From Campylobacterota bacterium (lineage in GTDB: Bacteria; Campylobacterota_A; Desulfurellia; JAADFJ01), in contig JAADFJ010000039.1 in assembly GCA_013152955.1 (NCBI GenBank), forward strand, positions 1 through 47,587: 47,587 nucleotides of DNA, written 5' to 3'. Each line of letters starts with the position of its first letter. The stretch's first letter is position 1. Position numbers and translations under genes: made by a program. A model generated the notes under the pieces. That model ran no database searches, was not told the DNA's origin, and saw only the letters and a program-made list of their open reading frames with translations. Shown here piece by piece: positions 17,138 to 28,009 of this stretch.

Positions 17138-18265
17138 ATGAAAAAAAGAATCGGTTTAATAGTAGTAATTACGCTAATCATACTATTTTTGATAGTTGGC
17201 TACAGATATGTTCACCACAGAATGGTTTATGCGGTTACAGATGCTGTGTTTACCGAATCAGACAGCTTGACCAATCTCTCGTTTCAACTTGTCGGCGGCA
17301 AAATCATAAAAATGCCTTATGAAGAGGGAGACGTCGTCAAAAAAGGAGTATTGCTGGCACAAATCGACCCTACAGTACTTCAAAATTCAAAAAAGAGAGC
17401 TGTTTTCAACCTGAATGCTCTTAAAGATAAACAAGACTCTCTTAAAAAAAGTCTTGCAAGAATCAGAAGTGCGATTCAAATTAACAAAAAGATTGCCGGA
17501 CTTTCGGTTTCATCAACCAATTTTCAAATTGCGTCGGCAATAAGTATGCTTAAAAGCAAAGAGGCTATATTGAAAAAAGTGAGACGTGATTTCATAAGAG
17601 CAAAAACACTTTACATTCATCACGCTTTCTCAAAAATGAAATATCAGGATGCCCGCACTGCTCTTGTATCTACCAAAAACGAGATTTTGTCATTAAAAGA
17701 GAAAATAGAAGGATTAAAACTTGCGATGCCCATTTCAAAACAAAAGCTCAAAGCAGCCGACAATGAACAAAAGCGTGTTAAGGAAATCGGCGCTCAAATA
17801 GCTGCCCTGAGCAACCAAATTAAGGCAACAGATGAACAGATAAAATCGATAGTCTACAGAATTTCTCAAACCAAGCTCGATAGCCCGTTTGATGGAATCA
17901 TTGCAAAAAAATATCAGAACGTGGGTTCGGTTGTGGCTCCCGGAATGTTTGTCTACTCAATAACAGATCCTCGCTCCATCTATGTATATGCACTTCTTGA
18001 GGAGCAAAAACTTGAGGGCATAAAAGTTGGAAACCCTGTAAATATAACAATTGATGCATATCCGAATAGAAAATATCAAGGAATTGTAGAATCGATTCTT
18101 CCGACTACTGCCGCCAAATTCTCACTTGTACCAAGAGATATTGCAGCAGGAGAATTCACAAAGGTTTCTCAGAGAGTCGGCATTAGAATTAAAATTACAA
18201 AAGGAAACAGCTCAGATCTAAAGGTTGGACTCAGCGGAGAAGTTGAAATAAAACGCTCAAAATGA
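17138..18265 (+). CDS. EmrA/HlyD-family membrane fusion protein
   Basis: N-terminal anchor, lipoyl-like half motifs, coiled coil, and AAKFSLVP..AAGEFTKVSQRV. Confidence 0.9.
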   Translation: MKKRIGLIVVITLIILFLIVGYRYVHHRMVYAVTDAVFTESDSLTNLSFQLVGGKIIKMPYEEGDVVKKGVLLAQIDPTVLQNSKKRAVFNLNALKDKQDSLKKSLARIRSAIQINKKIAGLSVSSTNFQIASAISMLKSKEAILKKVRRDFIRAKTLYIHHAFSKMKYQDARTALVSTKNEILSLKEKIEGLKLAMPISKQKLKAADNEQKRVKEIGAQIAALSNQIKATDEQIKSIVYRISQTKLDSPFDGIIAKKYQNVGSVVAPGMFVYSITDPRSIYVYALLEEQKLEGIKVGNPVNITIDAYPNRKYQGIVESILPTTAAKFSLVPRDIAAGEFTKVSQRVGIRIKITKGNSSDLKVGLSGEVEIKRSK

Positions 18266-19818
18266 GCGAACCTATCTATAAGACCATCTCGAATTCGGAA
18301 CGATGGCTGATTACCGTCTCAGTTATGATGGGAACATTTCTTGCAATCCTGAACACAACAATCATCAATGTTGTCATTCCGGATATGATAGCACCGCTTG
18401 CAACAGATCTATACGGAATTCAATGGGTAATAACCGGATATATGATGAGTGCGGCAGTCGGTCTTCTGCTTGTTAATCATCTAACCAAGAAATATGGATA
18501 CAAGACGGTGTTTGTCTTCGGGCTTATACTTTTTACGCTGGCCAGTATTTTGTGCGGAATGAGCAAAACGCTTGAAACAATGATTGCCTCACGTGCGCTG
18601 CAGGGTACGGCAGAGGCCATGATAGTCGCAACTGCCCAGACTATTATGTTTACGATATTCCCGCCGAGAAAAAGAGGACTTGCTATGGGTATTTATGGAC
18701 TTGGAGTCAGTTTTGCTCCTGCCATAGGTCCTCTGATAGGAGGATGGGTAACAGATAATATGGGATGGCGCATGGTGTTTTTCATCGGTGTTCCGGTTGG
18801 AATTATAGATTTAGCTATCTCTCTTGCCTATATTCCCGCTATAAAAAACACAAGCAATTCAAAAAAATTCAACTATGCGAGCTTTCTGTTTATATCATCA
18901 TTTACCGTATCACTGCTTCTTCTGCTTTCAAAAGGTCAGCAGAAAGGCTGGTTTCAGTCAAGTTATATCGTTGTCCTGCTCCTTCTAACTATTATCTTTC
19001 TTTTGCTCTATGCCGCATCAGAGTTCTACTCCAAAAATCGGCTAATCGATTTTTCCGTTTACAAAATTCCCGAATACAGATATTCGATGCTGACATTTTT
19101 TTTCGTATTGGGATTTTCACTGTATCAGATTTTCTTTCTTTCGCCTCTCTACTTTGAAAATATTAAACATCTGACGACATTCCAAGCCGGCCGCGACTTG
19201 TTCTTCATGGGAATTTTTATAGCTATCACAGCTCCTTTTGCCGGAGCAATTTCAGATAAGATCGGCGCACTCAAGGTACTGACTTTTACGGCGGCAATAT
19301 ATATATTCACAACAATTTTTCTGATACCTCAGATGAACTATTATACACCTGAGTTAAAATCGATCAGCTATCTCATACCAATGGGCATAGCTATGGGAGC
19401 ATTCTTTGCACCGGTGAGCATACTGGCGTTAAGAGATATGCCTGCCGATAAAATGGGAATTGCGGTTAATATGCAGCAATATCTTAGATTTACCGGAGCA
19501 TCTTTTGGAACTGCCGTTGCCACTAATACACTTCAGTCCAATGCCTCCTTGCATTACGATCTGATGGGAATACAGCAGAATTATGCATACGCAGAAAACT
19601 GGCTCAGAAAAATAGCAGATTTATCATCGGTAATTATGAATCACTCTGCGGCAATGCAGAAAGCAGAAATCCTGCTGGGAGGAGTCAAACAGCTTTTTTC
19701 ACTATCGTTTGCCTTTCAACACAGTTTCTTATATGCAGGATATTGGGGAATTTTTGGGCTTTCTTTTCTTATTTTGATTGCCTTTCACAAAAAAAAGAGG
19801 GCAAACGAATCTTCCTGA
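18262..19818 (+). CDS. EmrB/QacA (DHA2) multidrug efflux MFS permease
   Basis: LNTTIINV, WVITGY, RALQG and FAPAIGPLIGG; many TM segments; coupled to the EmrA-like gene. Confidence 0.9.
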   Translation: MSEPIYKTISNSERWLITVSVMMGTFLAILNTTIINVVIPDMIAPLATDLYGIQWVITGYMMSAAVGLLLVNHLTKKYGYKTVFVFGLILFTLASILCGMSKTLETMIASRALQGTAEAMIVATAQTIMFTIFPPRKRGLAMGIYGLGVSFAPAIGPLIGGWVTDNMGWRMVFFIGVPVGIIDLAISLAYIPAIKNTSNSKKFNYASFLFISSFTVSLLLLLSKGQQKGWFQSSYIVVLLLLTIIFLLLYAASEFYSKNRLIDFSVYKIPEYRYSMLTFFFVLGFSLYQIFFLSPLYFENIKHLTTFQAGRDLFFMGIFIAITAPFAGAISDKIGALKVLTFTAAIYIFTTIFLIPQMNYYTPELKSISYLIPMGIAMGAFFAPVSILALRDMPADKMGIAVNMQQYLRFTGASFGTAVATNTLQSNASLHYDLMGIQQNYAYAENWLRKIADLSSVIMNHSAAMQKAEILLGGVKQLFSLSFAFQHSFLYAGYWGIFGLSFLILIAFHKKKRANESS

Positions 19819-19825
19819 TCTCTTC

Positions 19826-21454
19826 TTAAAATCTCCCATGGCTCTTTGCAATCGGGTAGCGTCTGCCGTAGCCGAACGCCTTAACACTTATTTTAATTCC
19901 GGGCGGAGCCTGGCGGCGCTTATATTCATTTCTGTCAACTAACTCCACCACCTTTCTCACTGTAGCCGAATCCATACCCGAATCAATGATCGTTTTGGGT
20001 ACCTTCAGCTCCTCAAGATAAAGTTCAAGTATTCTGTCCAAAATTTCATATTCAGGCAGCGTATCCTGATCCTTTTGATTAAAGGCAAGTTCTGCGGACG
20101 GAGCCTTTTTAATAATATTCTCAGGTATAATATTTCTGTCTCTATTTAAAAAATTTGCCAACCGATACACCTCTGTTTTATAAAGATCCGATATAAGCGC
20201 CAGTCCTCCCGCAAGATCACCGTAAAGGGTTGTATATCCAACGGCTATTTCAGATTTATTGCCTGTAGAAAGCAAAAGCCATCCAAAATTGTTCGAAAGA
20301 GCCATAAGAAGAACGCCTCTTATGCGAGCCTGAAGATTTTCGTTCGTAATCTCTTTTGTCTTATTCTCAAATATGGGATTGAGAACAGATAAAAACTGAG
20401 TAAAGATTTCTTCAATCGGCAGATTAAACAGTTCAAGCTCAAGATTTTCTGCAAGTGCCTTAGCATCTTTTGTGCTTTCATCGGACGTAAAACGGCTTGG
20501 CATCATAATGGCTTTTACATTATCGCTTCCAAGAGCTGCCGTCGCAATCGCAGCTGTAACAGCTGAGTCTATGCCTCCGGACAGCCCCACAAGTACTTTT
20601 CCGAAACCGGTTTTTCTACAGTAGTCGGATAATCCGAGAATCAGCGCATTATAGATATCTTCAATTTCCGTATGCTTAAGCGATACAGTCTCCGATTTAT
20701 CCGAATCGTATATGAAGCAACCTTCTTTAAATGCCGGACAGATTTTTACCGGCCTGCCGTTGTCAATAACAAAACTTCTTCCATCAAATACAATCTCATC
20801 ATTGGCTCCCACAGTGTTGACATAAATCAATGTTGTTTCCAGCTTTTGAGTAAGTTTGGAGAAGACTTTCATTTTGCCGTCAAACTTCTTTTTGCTGAAA
20901 GGTGATGCCGAAATATTTATCAAATAATCGATCGAACCCGGTTTAATTTCTGAAAGCGGGTCGGTTTTGTATCTGCCCGCGAATCCAAGCAGCTCGGTTT
21001 TAGCCCAAATATCCTCACAAACCGTTAGCGCAATTTTTTTGCCCATAAACTTAAAAATCGACAGCATGTTTCCCGGCTCAAAATAGCGATTTTCATCAAA
21101 GACGTCATAATATGGAAGCAGCATTTTATCATGTATATGGCATATCTTTTCGTTATGGAGAAAAAATGCGCTGTTAAATAAAGATCGCCCCGCATGAGTA
21201 TTTTTTCTTACGGCTCCGAGAACAACCGCTAATTTCTTCGATAATTTAAGAATTTTAGAAATATATTCATCAATTGCATCAACAAACTCAGGACGCTCTA
21301 AAAGATCTTTAGGCGGATAGCCCAAAAGCGACATTTCGGGCAAAATCGCCAGATCCGCCTTGTCTTCCAAAGAGTTCAAAGCCGAAGCTATCTTTTTATA
21401 ATTGCCTTCCAAGTCCCCAATTGTAGGATTGAGCTGAATAAATGCAAACCTCAT
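19826..21454 (-). CDS. nadE: Glutamine-dependent NAD+ synthetase
   Basis: Nitrilase domain (PE..LLGYPP, K..LPYY, CEDIW) fused to a synthetase domain (GLSGGIDS, ENLQARIR, APSAEL). Confidence 0.96.
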   Translation of the reverse strand: MRFAFIQLNPTIGDLEGNYKKIASALNSLEDKADLAILPEMSLLGYPPKDLLERPEFVDAIDEYISKILKLSKKLAVVLGAVRKNTHAGRSLFNSAFFLHNEKICHIHDKMLLPYYDVFDENRYFEPGNMLSIFKFMGKKIALTVCEDIWAKTELLGFAGRYKTDPLSEIKPGSIDYLINISASPFSKKKFDGKMKVFSKLTQKLETTLIYVNTVGANDEIVFDGRSFVIDNGRPVKICPAFKEGCFIYDSDKSETVSLKHTEIEDIYNALILGLSDYCRKTGFGKVLVGLSGGIDSAVTAAIATAALGSDNVKAIMMPSRFTSDESTKDAKALAENLELELFNLPIEEIFTQFLSVLNPIFENKTKEITNENLQARIRGVLLMALSNNFGWLLLSTGNKSEIAVGYTTLYGDLAGGLALISDLYKTEVYRLANFLNRDRNIIPENIIKKAPSAELAFNQKDQDTLPEYEILDRILELYLEELKVPKTIIDSGMDSATVRKVVELVDRNEYKRRQAPPGIKISVKAFGYGRRYPIAKSHGRF

Positions 21455-21482
21455 ATGATTTTCTCCTTTAGAGTGTTCTCCA

Positions 21483-22328
21483 TTATCCGATTAACTTCGG
21501 CATTAATACGGTTAATGATTCAGGCTCTACTCTTATACTAAACGGCGTTTTGCCTATCCAGTCACCATCAACATGCACATCCGCACCGGATTGATTTATA
21601 ATAATATTCTTTGCCTTTAGATAGACAGCATCTTTCGATCTTTTAGATAACATTATAGCCGCCATATATTTTAGAACAAATCTCTTTTTAAATATTGCGA
21701 CATCAAGCGTATCAGAAAACAGGTCGGCGTCGGGAGTGGCTGAAAACCAGCCTCCGTATCGCCTTCCGTTCCCTATAACTGCAGAATATCCCTTGATCTT
21801 TCTGCCATCAACAATAAACTCAATCTTTCTGCTGTTTAACTTGAGACAGCCCAAAGCAGATGCAATATATGCAATTTTTCCCGTTAACCGTTTTAATCGC
21901 TCATCAACCATACGTACTGCGGCCGCATCAAGTCCGATACCTGCCATTTGAGCAAAATAGTGTCCGTTGGCGTTACCCAAAGTTATTCTTTTTTCAACAC
22001 CGCCATCAATCAGCTGTAACGCCTTTACGGGATTTCTTGGAATTCCGGCTTCCAGGGCAAAAACATCACTTGTTCCGCAAGGCAGCACAAGAAGGGCCGA
22101 CTTTTTGCCGGCCAAAAGATTTACGGCAAAATTAACAGCGGCATCACCGCCATATACCGGCACAAGATCGTAATCTTCTATGTTATTATCATTTTTATGT
22201 TCGCCTATAATTTCAATAACCGGATCAATGCCTCTTTTTCTTATATTGTCGGTAACTGTTTTTAGCATAGATTCGCTGAATCGTCTCGAAAAAGGATTGA
22301 TAATTAGAAGTACTTTTTTATATCTCAT
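21483..22328 (-). CDS. Diacylglycerol/lipid kinase family protein (YegS/DgkB-like)
   Basis: IINPFS, GGD, LPCGT, GIGLDA, GNGRRYGG and HVDGD. Confidence 0.85.
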   Translation of the reverse strand: MRYKKVLLIINPFSRRFSESMLKTVTDNIRKRGIDPVIEIIGEHKNDNNIEDYDLVPVYGGDAAVNFAVNLLAGKKSALLVLPCGTSDVFALEAGIPRNPVKALQLIDGGVEKRITLGNANGHYFAQMAGIGLDAAAVRMVDERLKRLTGKIAYIASALGCLKLNSRKIEFIVDGRKIKGYSAVIGNGRRYGGWFSATPDADLFSDTLDVAIFKKRFVLKYMAAIMLSKRSKDAVYLKAKNIIINQSGADVHVDGDWIGKTPFSIRVEPESLTVLMPKLIG

Positions 22329-23076
22329 CTATCTTTAGCTGCATGCCGTCATACGCCGCTATTACCTCTATTCCAAATTTAGACAGTTCGGAAGCTATTT
22401 TGTCGGGATCTTCCCTGAGTACTTCTGTGCTGAAGTGCGTGATAACAACCTTTTTCGGTTTTACTGTCAATGCAATAGGTATAACATCATTAACAGAAAG
22501 ATGATATATATTTTCTCTTGAATGAACAAACACGGTATTTATTATCAATATATCAATATTGGTAAAAACTTTTTTTAAGGGTTCAAAATAGAGTGTATCC
22601 GAAATATAACCGACGGAGCACAAATTTCCATCAAATCGAACCGCAAAATTTTCTACAGGATGCATAAGCTTTAGCGGAGTTGAAATTTTTATATTACCCA
22701 CCGACCATGTTCCTCCGGTGCCGGTTCTGATATTGTCATAGTTGTTTCTATTATATTTCAATATCACCGGGTCATCATCCCATGCATCATCAGGAGCAAA
22801 AACAGCACCGTGATGTTTTCTTCCGCCGCTTGTCATAGATTCAACAATACTGTTGATATCAGCAGAATGATCAAGATGGCGATGCGAAAGATAGACCGCA
22901 TCAATGTCTCTTGCAGACCTTCCGGACTCAATCAGTTTGATCAGGCTGCCGGGTCCGGGATCAACAAGAATATTTGTTCCCGAAAGAGAGAGCCAGATAC
23001 CTCCTGAGGCGCGTATTTGATTAAATACCGAAAATCTCCCTCCTGCCGTTCCAAAAAATTTGATATAGTTATTCAT
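22318..23076 (-). CDS. MBL-fold metallo-hydrolase
   Basis: FFGTAG, VDPGPG, SHRHLDH, YISDT and ITHF. Confidence 0.88.
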   Translation of the reverse strand: MNNYIKFFGTAGGRFSVFNQIRASGGIWLSLSGTNILVDPGPGSLIKLIESGRSARDIDAVYLSHRHLDHSADINSIVESMTSGGRKHHGAVFAPDDAWDDDPVILKYNRNNYDNIRTGTGGTWSVGNIKISTPLKLMHPVENFAVRFDGNLCSVGYISDTLYFEPLKKVFTNIDILIINTVFVHSRENIYHLSVNDVIPIALTVKPKKVVITHFSTEVLREDPDKIASELSKFGIEVIAAYDGMQLKIDEI

Positions 23077-24329
23077 AAAATAGCAGCTCCGGTATCATGA
23101 TCGGTCACATTGCAGATGGTAGTATCATAAAAATTTCCTCTTTTTAAGCGGTCTTGCAGAAAAACCGGAAAATAGTAGCTTGTTCTGCCGCTGTGTTCAT
23201 CCTCAGCCAATATTCTTACCTGCTTGCCCAAAAACTGCTTTCTATATTTGATGTTTTTTTTATTTACAATACCCTTAAGAAGTTTCACGCGCTTTTTTTG
23301 AGCCGATTTTTCAAAGGGCTGATCGTAACTATTAGTGCCTTTCCTGGGCGAATAAGAAAATGGGTGAAGATATACAAACGGCATATCCATGACAAAAGAG
23401 ACGGTTTTGAGAAATTCTTTATCATCTTCACCGGGAAATCCCACAATTATATCTGTCCCAATTGCAATATCAGGTATCTTATTTATAAGGTTTTCTATCT
23501 TTTTTTTATACACAGCCGTATTGTACGGTCTCCTCATTAGAGATAATATTTTGTCCGATCCGCTCTGAAGAGATATATGAAGATGTCTGCATATCTTAAC
23601 ACTGTCCAAAAGTGATATTAGATCTCTGTCTAAGGCGGTTATACCGATTGAGCTTATTCTTATTCTGAACTCCTTATCAATGGCAATCAGCTGTCTTAGA
23701 AGCTCATAGAGAGAAGTCCCCAAGTCCTTTCCATAAGAGCCGATGTCGGTGCCGGAAAGAACGATCTCTCTATAACCGCCCGATAAAAGATTTTCTACAT
23801 CATCTATTACCATCTCAATCGGTCTGCTTATAATCTTTCTACCTCGTACAACCGGAATTATGCAATAGCTGCAGCTGCCGGAACATCCTTCTTCAATTTT
23901 TAGAAATCCTCTTGTTCGCCCCTTCATACCGGTTATGCCGGAGAACTTCAAATCGGCATTTTCAGTCCATTGCTGAACATCCGACCCTGATGCAATCTGC
24001 CTCAAAGCAGTCACAATTCTTTTTCTGGCTCCTCCAAAGAGAAACGCCGAAACACCATATTCTTCTCTTAGCTTGTCGGCATAATCTTTTGTGATGCACC
24101 CCGCAACAATTACGTCCTTTTCCGCATTCACCGCCTTTCTAACCCATCTGGCAACATCCTTCTCTGCTCCGCTTGTAACAGCACACGAATTGATAACGGC
24201 AATTGTGGAACTTCTAAGATCATTCGCGACAAAGATACCGCTGCTCTCACATTGTTCCCTCATCCATTCGGTATCAACCTGATTCATCTTGCAGCCTACA
24301 GTTGCGAAAAAAAGTTTGAGGCTATTCAA
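23073..24329 (-). CDS. mtaB: tRNA methylthiotransferase, MtaB-like (radical SAM)
   Basis: GCKMNQ, NSCAVT, GCSGSCSYC, HISLQSG, DIIVGFPGE and YSPRKGT. Confidence 0.85.
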   Translation of the reverse strand: MNSLKLFFATVGCKMNQVDTEWMREQCESSGIFVANDLRSSTIAVINSCAVTSGAEKDVARWVRKAVNAEKDVIVAGCITKDYADKLREEYGVSAFLFGGARKRIVTALRQIASGSDVQQWTENADLKFSGITGMKGRTRGFLKIEEGCSGSCSYCIIPVVRGRKIISRPIEMVIDDVENLLSGGYREIVLSGTDIGSYGKDLGTSLYELLRQLIAIDKEFRIRISSIGITALDRDLISLLDSVKICRHLHISLQSGSDKILSLMRRPYNTAVYKKKIENLINKIPDIAIGTDIIVGFPGEDDKEFLKTVSFVMDMPFVYLHPFSYSPRKGTNSYDQPFEKSAQKKRVKLLKGIVNKKNIKYRKQFLGKQVRILAEDEHSGRTSYYFPVFLQDRLKRGNFYDTTICNVTDHDTGAAIL

Positions 24330-24392
24330 TCTTTATCTGTCCAAAGTAAATAAAAAGATGAGCAGCATATTACAGAAATTTTCACTAATTAT

Positions 24393-24655
24393 GAGACCAC
24401 TGCACAACAAGTACTTCCACAGAAACCAAAGAGCCGGCGAGATTTAAAAATTAAAATTTGAAGGGTTAACCGGTCAGCTTGAAAATTGTAATTTCTTAAA
24501 GATTGCCGGTTATTTGGTTTCCCTGCGGGCTTTATTATGTTTCCCGTACGCTGCGTTGAACTTCTTTGAACCAACCGGTTAGTTCTGCAGAAGTTCGTTT
24601 TGCCTGTGGAAAAAACCCGATAAAGTTGTGAAGACGCTTATTGTGCAGTGGTTTC
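24393..24655. mobile_element. MITE family A, complete copy (263 bp)
   Basis: 19-bp TIRs (17/19); perfect 5-bp direct repeat ATTAT at 24388-24392 and 24656-24660; no transposase. Confidence 0.85.
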
Positions 24656-25243
24656 ATTATCGTTAAAAATCATACCTTTTGTAGATAAAACCATGCCTGA
24701 AAGCGGTCTGCTTGCAATCTGCAGGCTGTGGGCCACGGATTTAAATATAGCTTCCGCAACATGATGCTTGTTCCCTGAGGATTCAATCTTGATATGAAGG
24801 GTAATTTCAGCATTAAGAGCAAATGCTCTGAAAAATTCAGGTACAAGATCGAGGTCAAAATCAGTTATCTTTCCTTTTATATCATATCCGTTCAAATAAA
24901 GTCCGCCTCGTCCGCTAATATCAACTGCTGAAACTACGGCAGCCTCATCCATAGGGAGAATAAAAAATCCATATCTGCTTATTGCTTCCGAATCTGCACA
25001 GAGAGAGCGGAAAAGTCTTCCAAGTGCAATTCCAACATCTTCAACAAGATGATGAGCTCCGGTTTGAATATCTCCGGATGCTTCAATAGAAAGATCAAAC
25101 CCGCTGTGTCTGGTAAATGCTTCAAGCATATGGTTAAAAAATCCTATAGCTGTTTTTATACTGCAGATTCCTTTTCCATCAAGATTCAAACTTATGGCGA
25201 TATCGGTTTCGGATGTTTTTCTCTTTATTGATTTAGCTCTCAT
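24638..25243 (-). CDS. hisB: Imidazoleglycerol-phosphate dehydratase
   Basis: FFNHML, HHLVED, PMDEA, NKHHVAEAIFK and STKG. The last 5 codons and the stop lie within the MITE TIR. Confidence 0.96.
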   Translation of the reverse strand: MRAKSIKRKTSETDIAISLNLDGKGICSIKTAIGFFNHMLEAFTRHSGFDLSIEASGDIQTGAHHLVEDVGIALGRLFRSLCADSEAISRYGFFILPMDEAAVVSAVDISGRGGLYLNGYDIKGKITDFDLDLVPEFFRAFALNAEITLHIKIESSGNKHHVAEAIFKSVAHSLQIASRPLSGMVLSTKGMIFNDNETTAQ

Positions 25244-26067
25244 TATTCCTCCAGCCTGTTTCTGATTAGCTCTGTAAAACGGATCAAAAATCCATTTTCA
25301 ATTTTGAGTTTTCTCAAACAATCCTCTGCTTTTTCCAAAAGCTCTTCAGTCCGTCCTATTGCACGTTTTTTACCCATAAAAGATGCAATGTTCAGTCTGT
25401 CTTTTTTTATATCTTTAATATCATCGGAAATTTGATATGCGAGCCCAACCGCACCGCCGTAACGATTCAACAGCCCAAGTTTAATTTTATCGATACGGCC
25501 GATCAGCGCTCCTGACAATACGGACGCTTTGATAAGCTCTCCGGTTTTTTTTAGTGCAATCTTTATCAGCTGTTCTTCACCAATATCATATTTATTAATC
25601 AATACATCACTAATCTGACCCTCAACCATTCCGCCTGAACCTGCCGCCGCCGCTATTGTCAGCACAATATTTTTAAGTACACCGGCATCAATTCGGCTAT
25701 TTGCCAAAATATAAAAAGCATCGGTCAAAAACGCATCTCCCGTCAATATTGCAGTAGCCTCTCCGAATTTTTTATGCAGTGAAGGAATGCCTCTTCTCGT
25801 ATCATCATCATCCATACTTGGAAGATCGTCATGAATCAGTGAATATGTGTGAATATATTCAATCGCTGCAGCTACAGGCACTATTTCTTCTTCATCTGCA
25901 TCGAACAGCGAAGCAGTTTCCCAACAAAGCTGAGGGCGCAGTCGCTTGCCGCCCTGCAGAATTACATATTGCATTGCTTCCTTCAACTTATTTTGAGGAA
26001 CCGCCGCAATTCTGTCTTTTATAAATAGATTTAATTTTTCAGATCTATTTTTTGTCGTCGTTTTCAT
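25243..26067 (-). CDS. ispA: Polyprenyl (farnesyl/geranylgeranyl) diphosphate synthase
   Basis: GGKRLRP, SLIHDDLPSMDDD, GQ..D, KTG and QISDDIKD; follows xseB. Confidence 0.9.
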   Translation of the reverse strand: MKTTTKNRSEKLNLFIKDRIAAVPQNKLKEAMQYVILQGGKRLRPQLCWETASLFDADEEEIVPVAAAIEYIHTYSLIHDDLPSMDDDDTRRGIPSLHKKFGEATAILTGDAFLTDAFYILANSRIDAGVLKNIVLTIAAAAGSGGMVEGQISDVLINKYDIGEEQLIKIALKKTGELIKASVLSGALIGRIDKIKLGLLNRYGGAVGLAYQISDDIKDIKKDRLNIASFMGKKRAIGRTEELLEKAEDCLRKLKIENGFLIRFTELIRNRLEE

Positions 26068-26254
26068 TGGGAATTTCTACTGTTTTTATCTCTTCTTCAG
26101 CCTCTTTAAGTTTAGACAGACAGATACGTGAAAGATCGGCTCCCTCTTTGTACAGCTTCAATGCTTCATCAAGCTTTACATCTCCGCTGTTTAATTGATT
26201 TGCTATTTCTTCGATTCTCGACAAAGCATCTTCAAAAACAATCTTATCCGCCAT
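26045..26254 (-). CDS. xseB: Exodeoxyribonuclease VII small subunit
   Basis: FEDALSRIEEIA..L.SGDVKLDEALKLYKEG; xseB-ispA synteny. Confidence 0.93.
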   Translation of the reverse strand: MADKIVFEDALSRIEEIANQLNSGDVKLDEALKLYKEGADLSRICLSKLKEAEEEIKTVEIPNENDDKK

Positions 26255-26666
26255 CTTCAATCTCTATCTGTTTTGCCTTAGAACTTGCCATCTTGTTTCC
26301 GGCCTCATCATACACATACGCTGTCGAGTATGTAATCTTTCCACGCTTCTTCTCTATTTCTGCAGTTATATAATATTTCTTTCCGACCCTAAGCGGCTGA
26401 TGATATCTAATCGCAAGCTCCGCAGTCATAGCAATCCTGTTTTTTTGATAAAACAGATTTGCAACCGCTTCATCCAGAAGAGTTGCGGTAATACCCCCAT
26501 GCACCACACCGTCAAAACCCTGATGATATTCTTTCGGAGTAAATTCAGCTTTGCAGATTTCCCCGTCAAAACTAAATTTAAGTTTCAGACTAATAGGATT
26601 TTTTATGCCGCACCCAAAACAAAACTTTTTTGTATCTCTAAGATTTTCAATTTTTTCGCTTGACAC
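26244..26666 (-). CDS. PaaI-family hotdog-fold thioesterase
   Basis: CFGCG..NP..L and HQGFDGVVHGG..ATLLDE. Confidence 0.9.
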   Translation of the reverse strand: MSSEKIENLRDTKKFCFGCGIKNPISLKLKFSFDGEICKAEFTPKEYHQGFDGVVHGGITATLLDEAVANLFYQKNRIAMTAELAIRYHQPLRVGKKYYITAEIEKKRGKITYSTAYVYDEAGNKMASSKAKQIEIEDGG

Positions 26667-26697
26667 TTGCTCCTCCGTTATTATAAATAGAACTGTT

Positions 26698-26786
26698 GCC
26701 GAAGTGGCGGAATCAGGTAGACGCGCTAGATTCAGGATCTAGTGGGGATTATCCCCGTGCCGGTTCAATTCCGGCCTTCGGCACCA
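26698..26786 (+). tRNA. tRNA-Leu (CAG)
   Basis: GCCGAAG acceptor stem, CTAGA-TTCAGGA-TCTAG anticodon arm, long variable arm and CCA end. Confidence 0.96.
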
Positions 26787-26857
26787 AAACAGTTATATCA
26801 TTTTTAGATATGCTATAAGAAAGGTTGATTTTGTCAATAAAGTAAAAGGAGTTTTAT

Positions 26858-28009
26858 ATGTCAAAAACATTTTATTTTACTTCCGAATCTGTAACGGAAG
26901 GGCATCCGGACAAGGTAGCGGATCAAATATCCGATGCCGTACTGGACGAGGTTATAAAAAATGATAAAAACTGCAGGGTCGCCTGCGAAACAGTGCTCTC
27001 AAGGGGCATTGTCTTTTTGTCAGGAGAAATAACAACCAGTTCATATGTCTCAATAGCCGATATCGCAAGAGATACGATAAAAGAGATCGGATATATAGAT
27101 CCTACCTACGGGTTTGATTATCGCACATGCGGCGTCTTATCGGCAATAACCCCGCAATCACCCGATATTGCAATGGGTGTAAACAGAGCCGGTGAAATTG
27201 GAGCAGGTGATCAGGGAATGATGTTTGGCTATGCAACCGATGAGACGCCAAATTTTATGCCTATGCCTATATCTCTCGCCCATTCACTTGCTATGAGACT
27301 GGCACAGGCAAGAAAAGAAAGACTGCTTGCGTATCTGCGGCCTGATGGAAAAACTCAGGTTACCGTAAGATACAATAACAGTATGCCGGATAAGGTTACA
27401 GCCGTAGTAATATCAACTCAGCACAGCCCGAGAGTTGACATGGATCAGCTGAAGCATGATGTTAAGGAAGAGATTATAGATTATGTAATATCCCCTGAAA
27501 TGGCCGATGAGAATATGAAAATTTATATAAATCCAACCGGACGTTTTGTCATTGGAGGACCCCAGGCGGATACCGGATTGACCGGACGAAAAATTATTGT
27601 TGATGCCTATGGCGGTGTGGGGTCTCACGGAGGAGGCTGTTTTTCCGGAAAAGATCCGACAAAGGTTGATCGTTCGGCAAGCTATATTGCCAGATATATC
27701 GCAAAAAACATTGTAGCTGCAGGCATCGCCAAAAGATGTGAGATACAGCTGGCCTATGCAATAGGTGTATCTGAACCGGTGTCTCTTATGGTTCACACAT
27801 ATGGAAGCTCAAAGGTTCCAAAAGACAGGATCAGAAAGATGGTTCAGGAAGTATTTCCGTTGACGCCGAAAGAAATCATCGAGCATCTTGACCTTTTGAG
27901 ACCTATCTATAAAAAAACCGCTGCATACGGACATTTCGGCAGAGAGCTTCCGGAGTTCAGCTGGGAGAAAACCGATATGACAGATATAATAAGGAAAAAA
28001 CTGTTATGA
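26858..28009 (+). CDS. metK: S-adenosylmethionine synthetase
   Basis: [16 protein letters not shown] and [16 protein letters not shown]. Confidence 0.98.
   Translation: MSKTFYFTSESVTEGHPDKVADQISDAVLDEVIKNDKNCRVACETVLSRGIVFLSGEITTSSYVSIADIARDTIKEIGYIDPTYGFDYRTCGVLSAITPQSPDIAMGVNRAGEIGAGDQGMMFGYATDETPNFMPMPISLAHSLAMRLAQARKERLLAYLRPDGKTQVTVRYNNSMPDKVTAVVISTQHSPRVDMDQLKHDVKEEIIDYVISPEMADENMKIYINPTGRFVIGGPQADTGLTGRKIIVDAYGGVGSHGGGCFSGKDPTKVDRSASYIARYIAKNIVAAGIAKRCEIQLAYAIGVSEPVSLMVHTYGSSKVPKDRIRKMVQEVFPLTPKEIIEHLDLLRPIYKKTAAYGHFGRELPEFSWEKTDMTDIIRKKLL

Noticed and set aside
26787-26857. SAM/SAH riboswitch before metK-ahcY
   Set aside because: Only ~70 AT-rich bases separate tRNA-Leu and metK, with no aptamer consensus.
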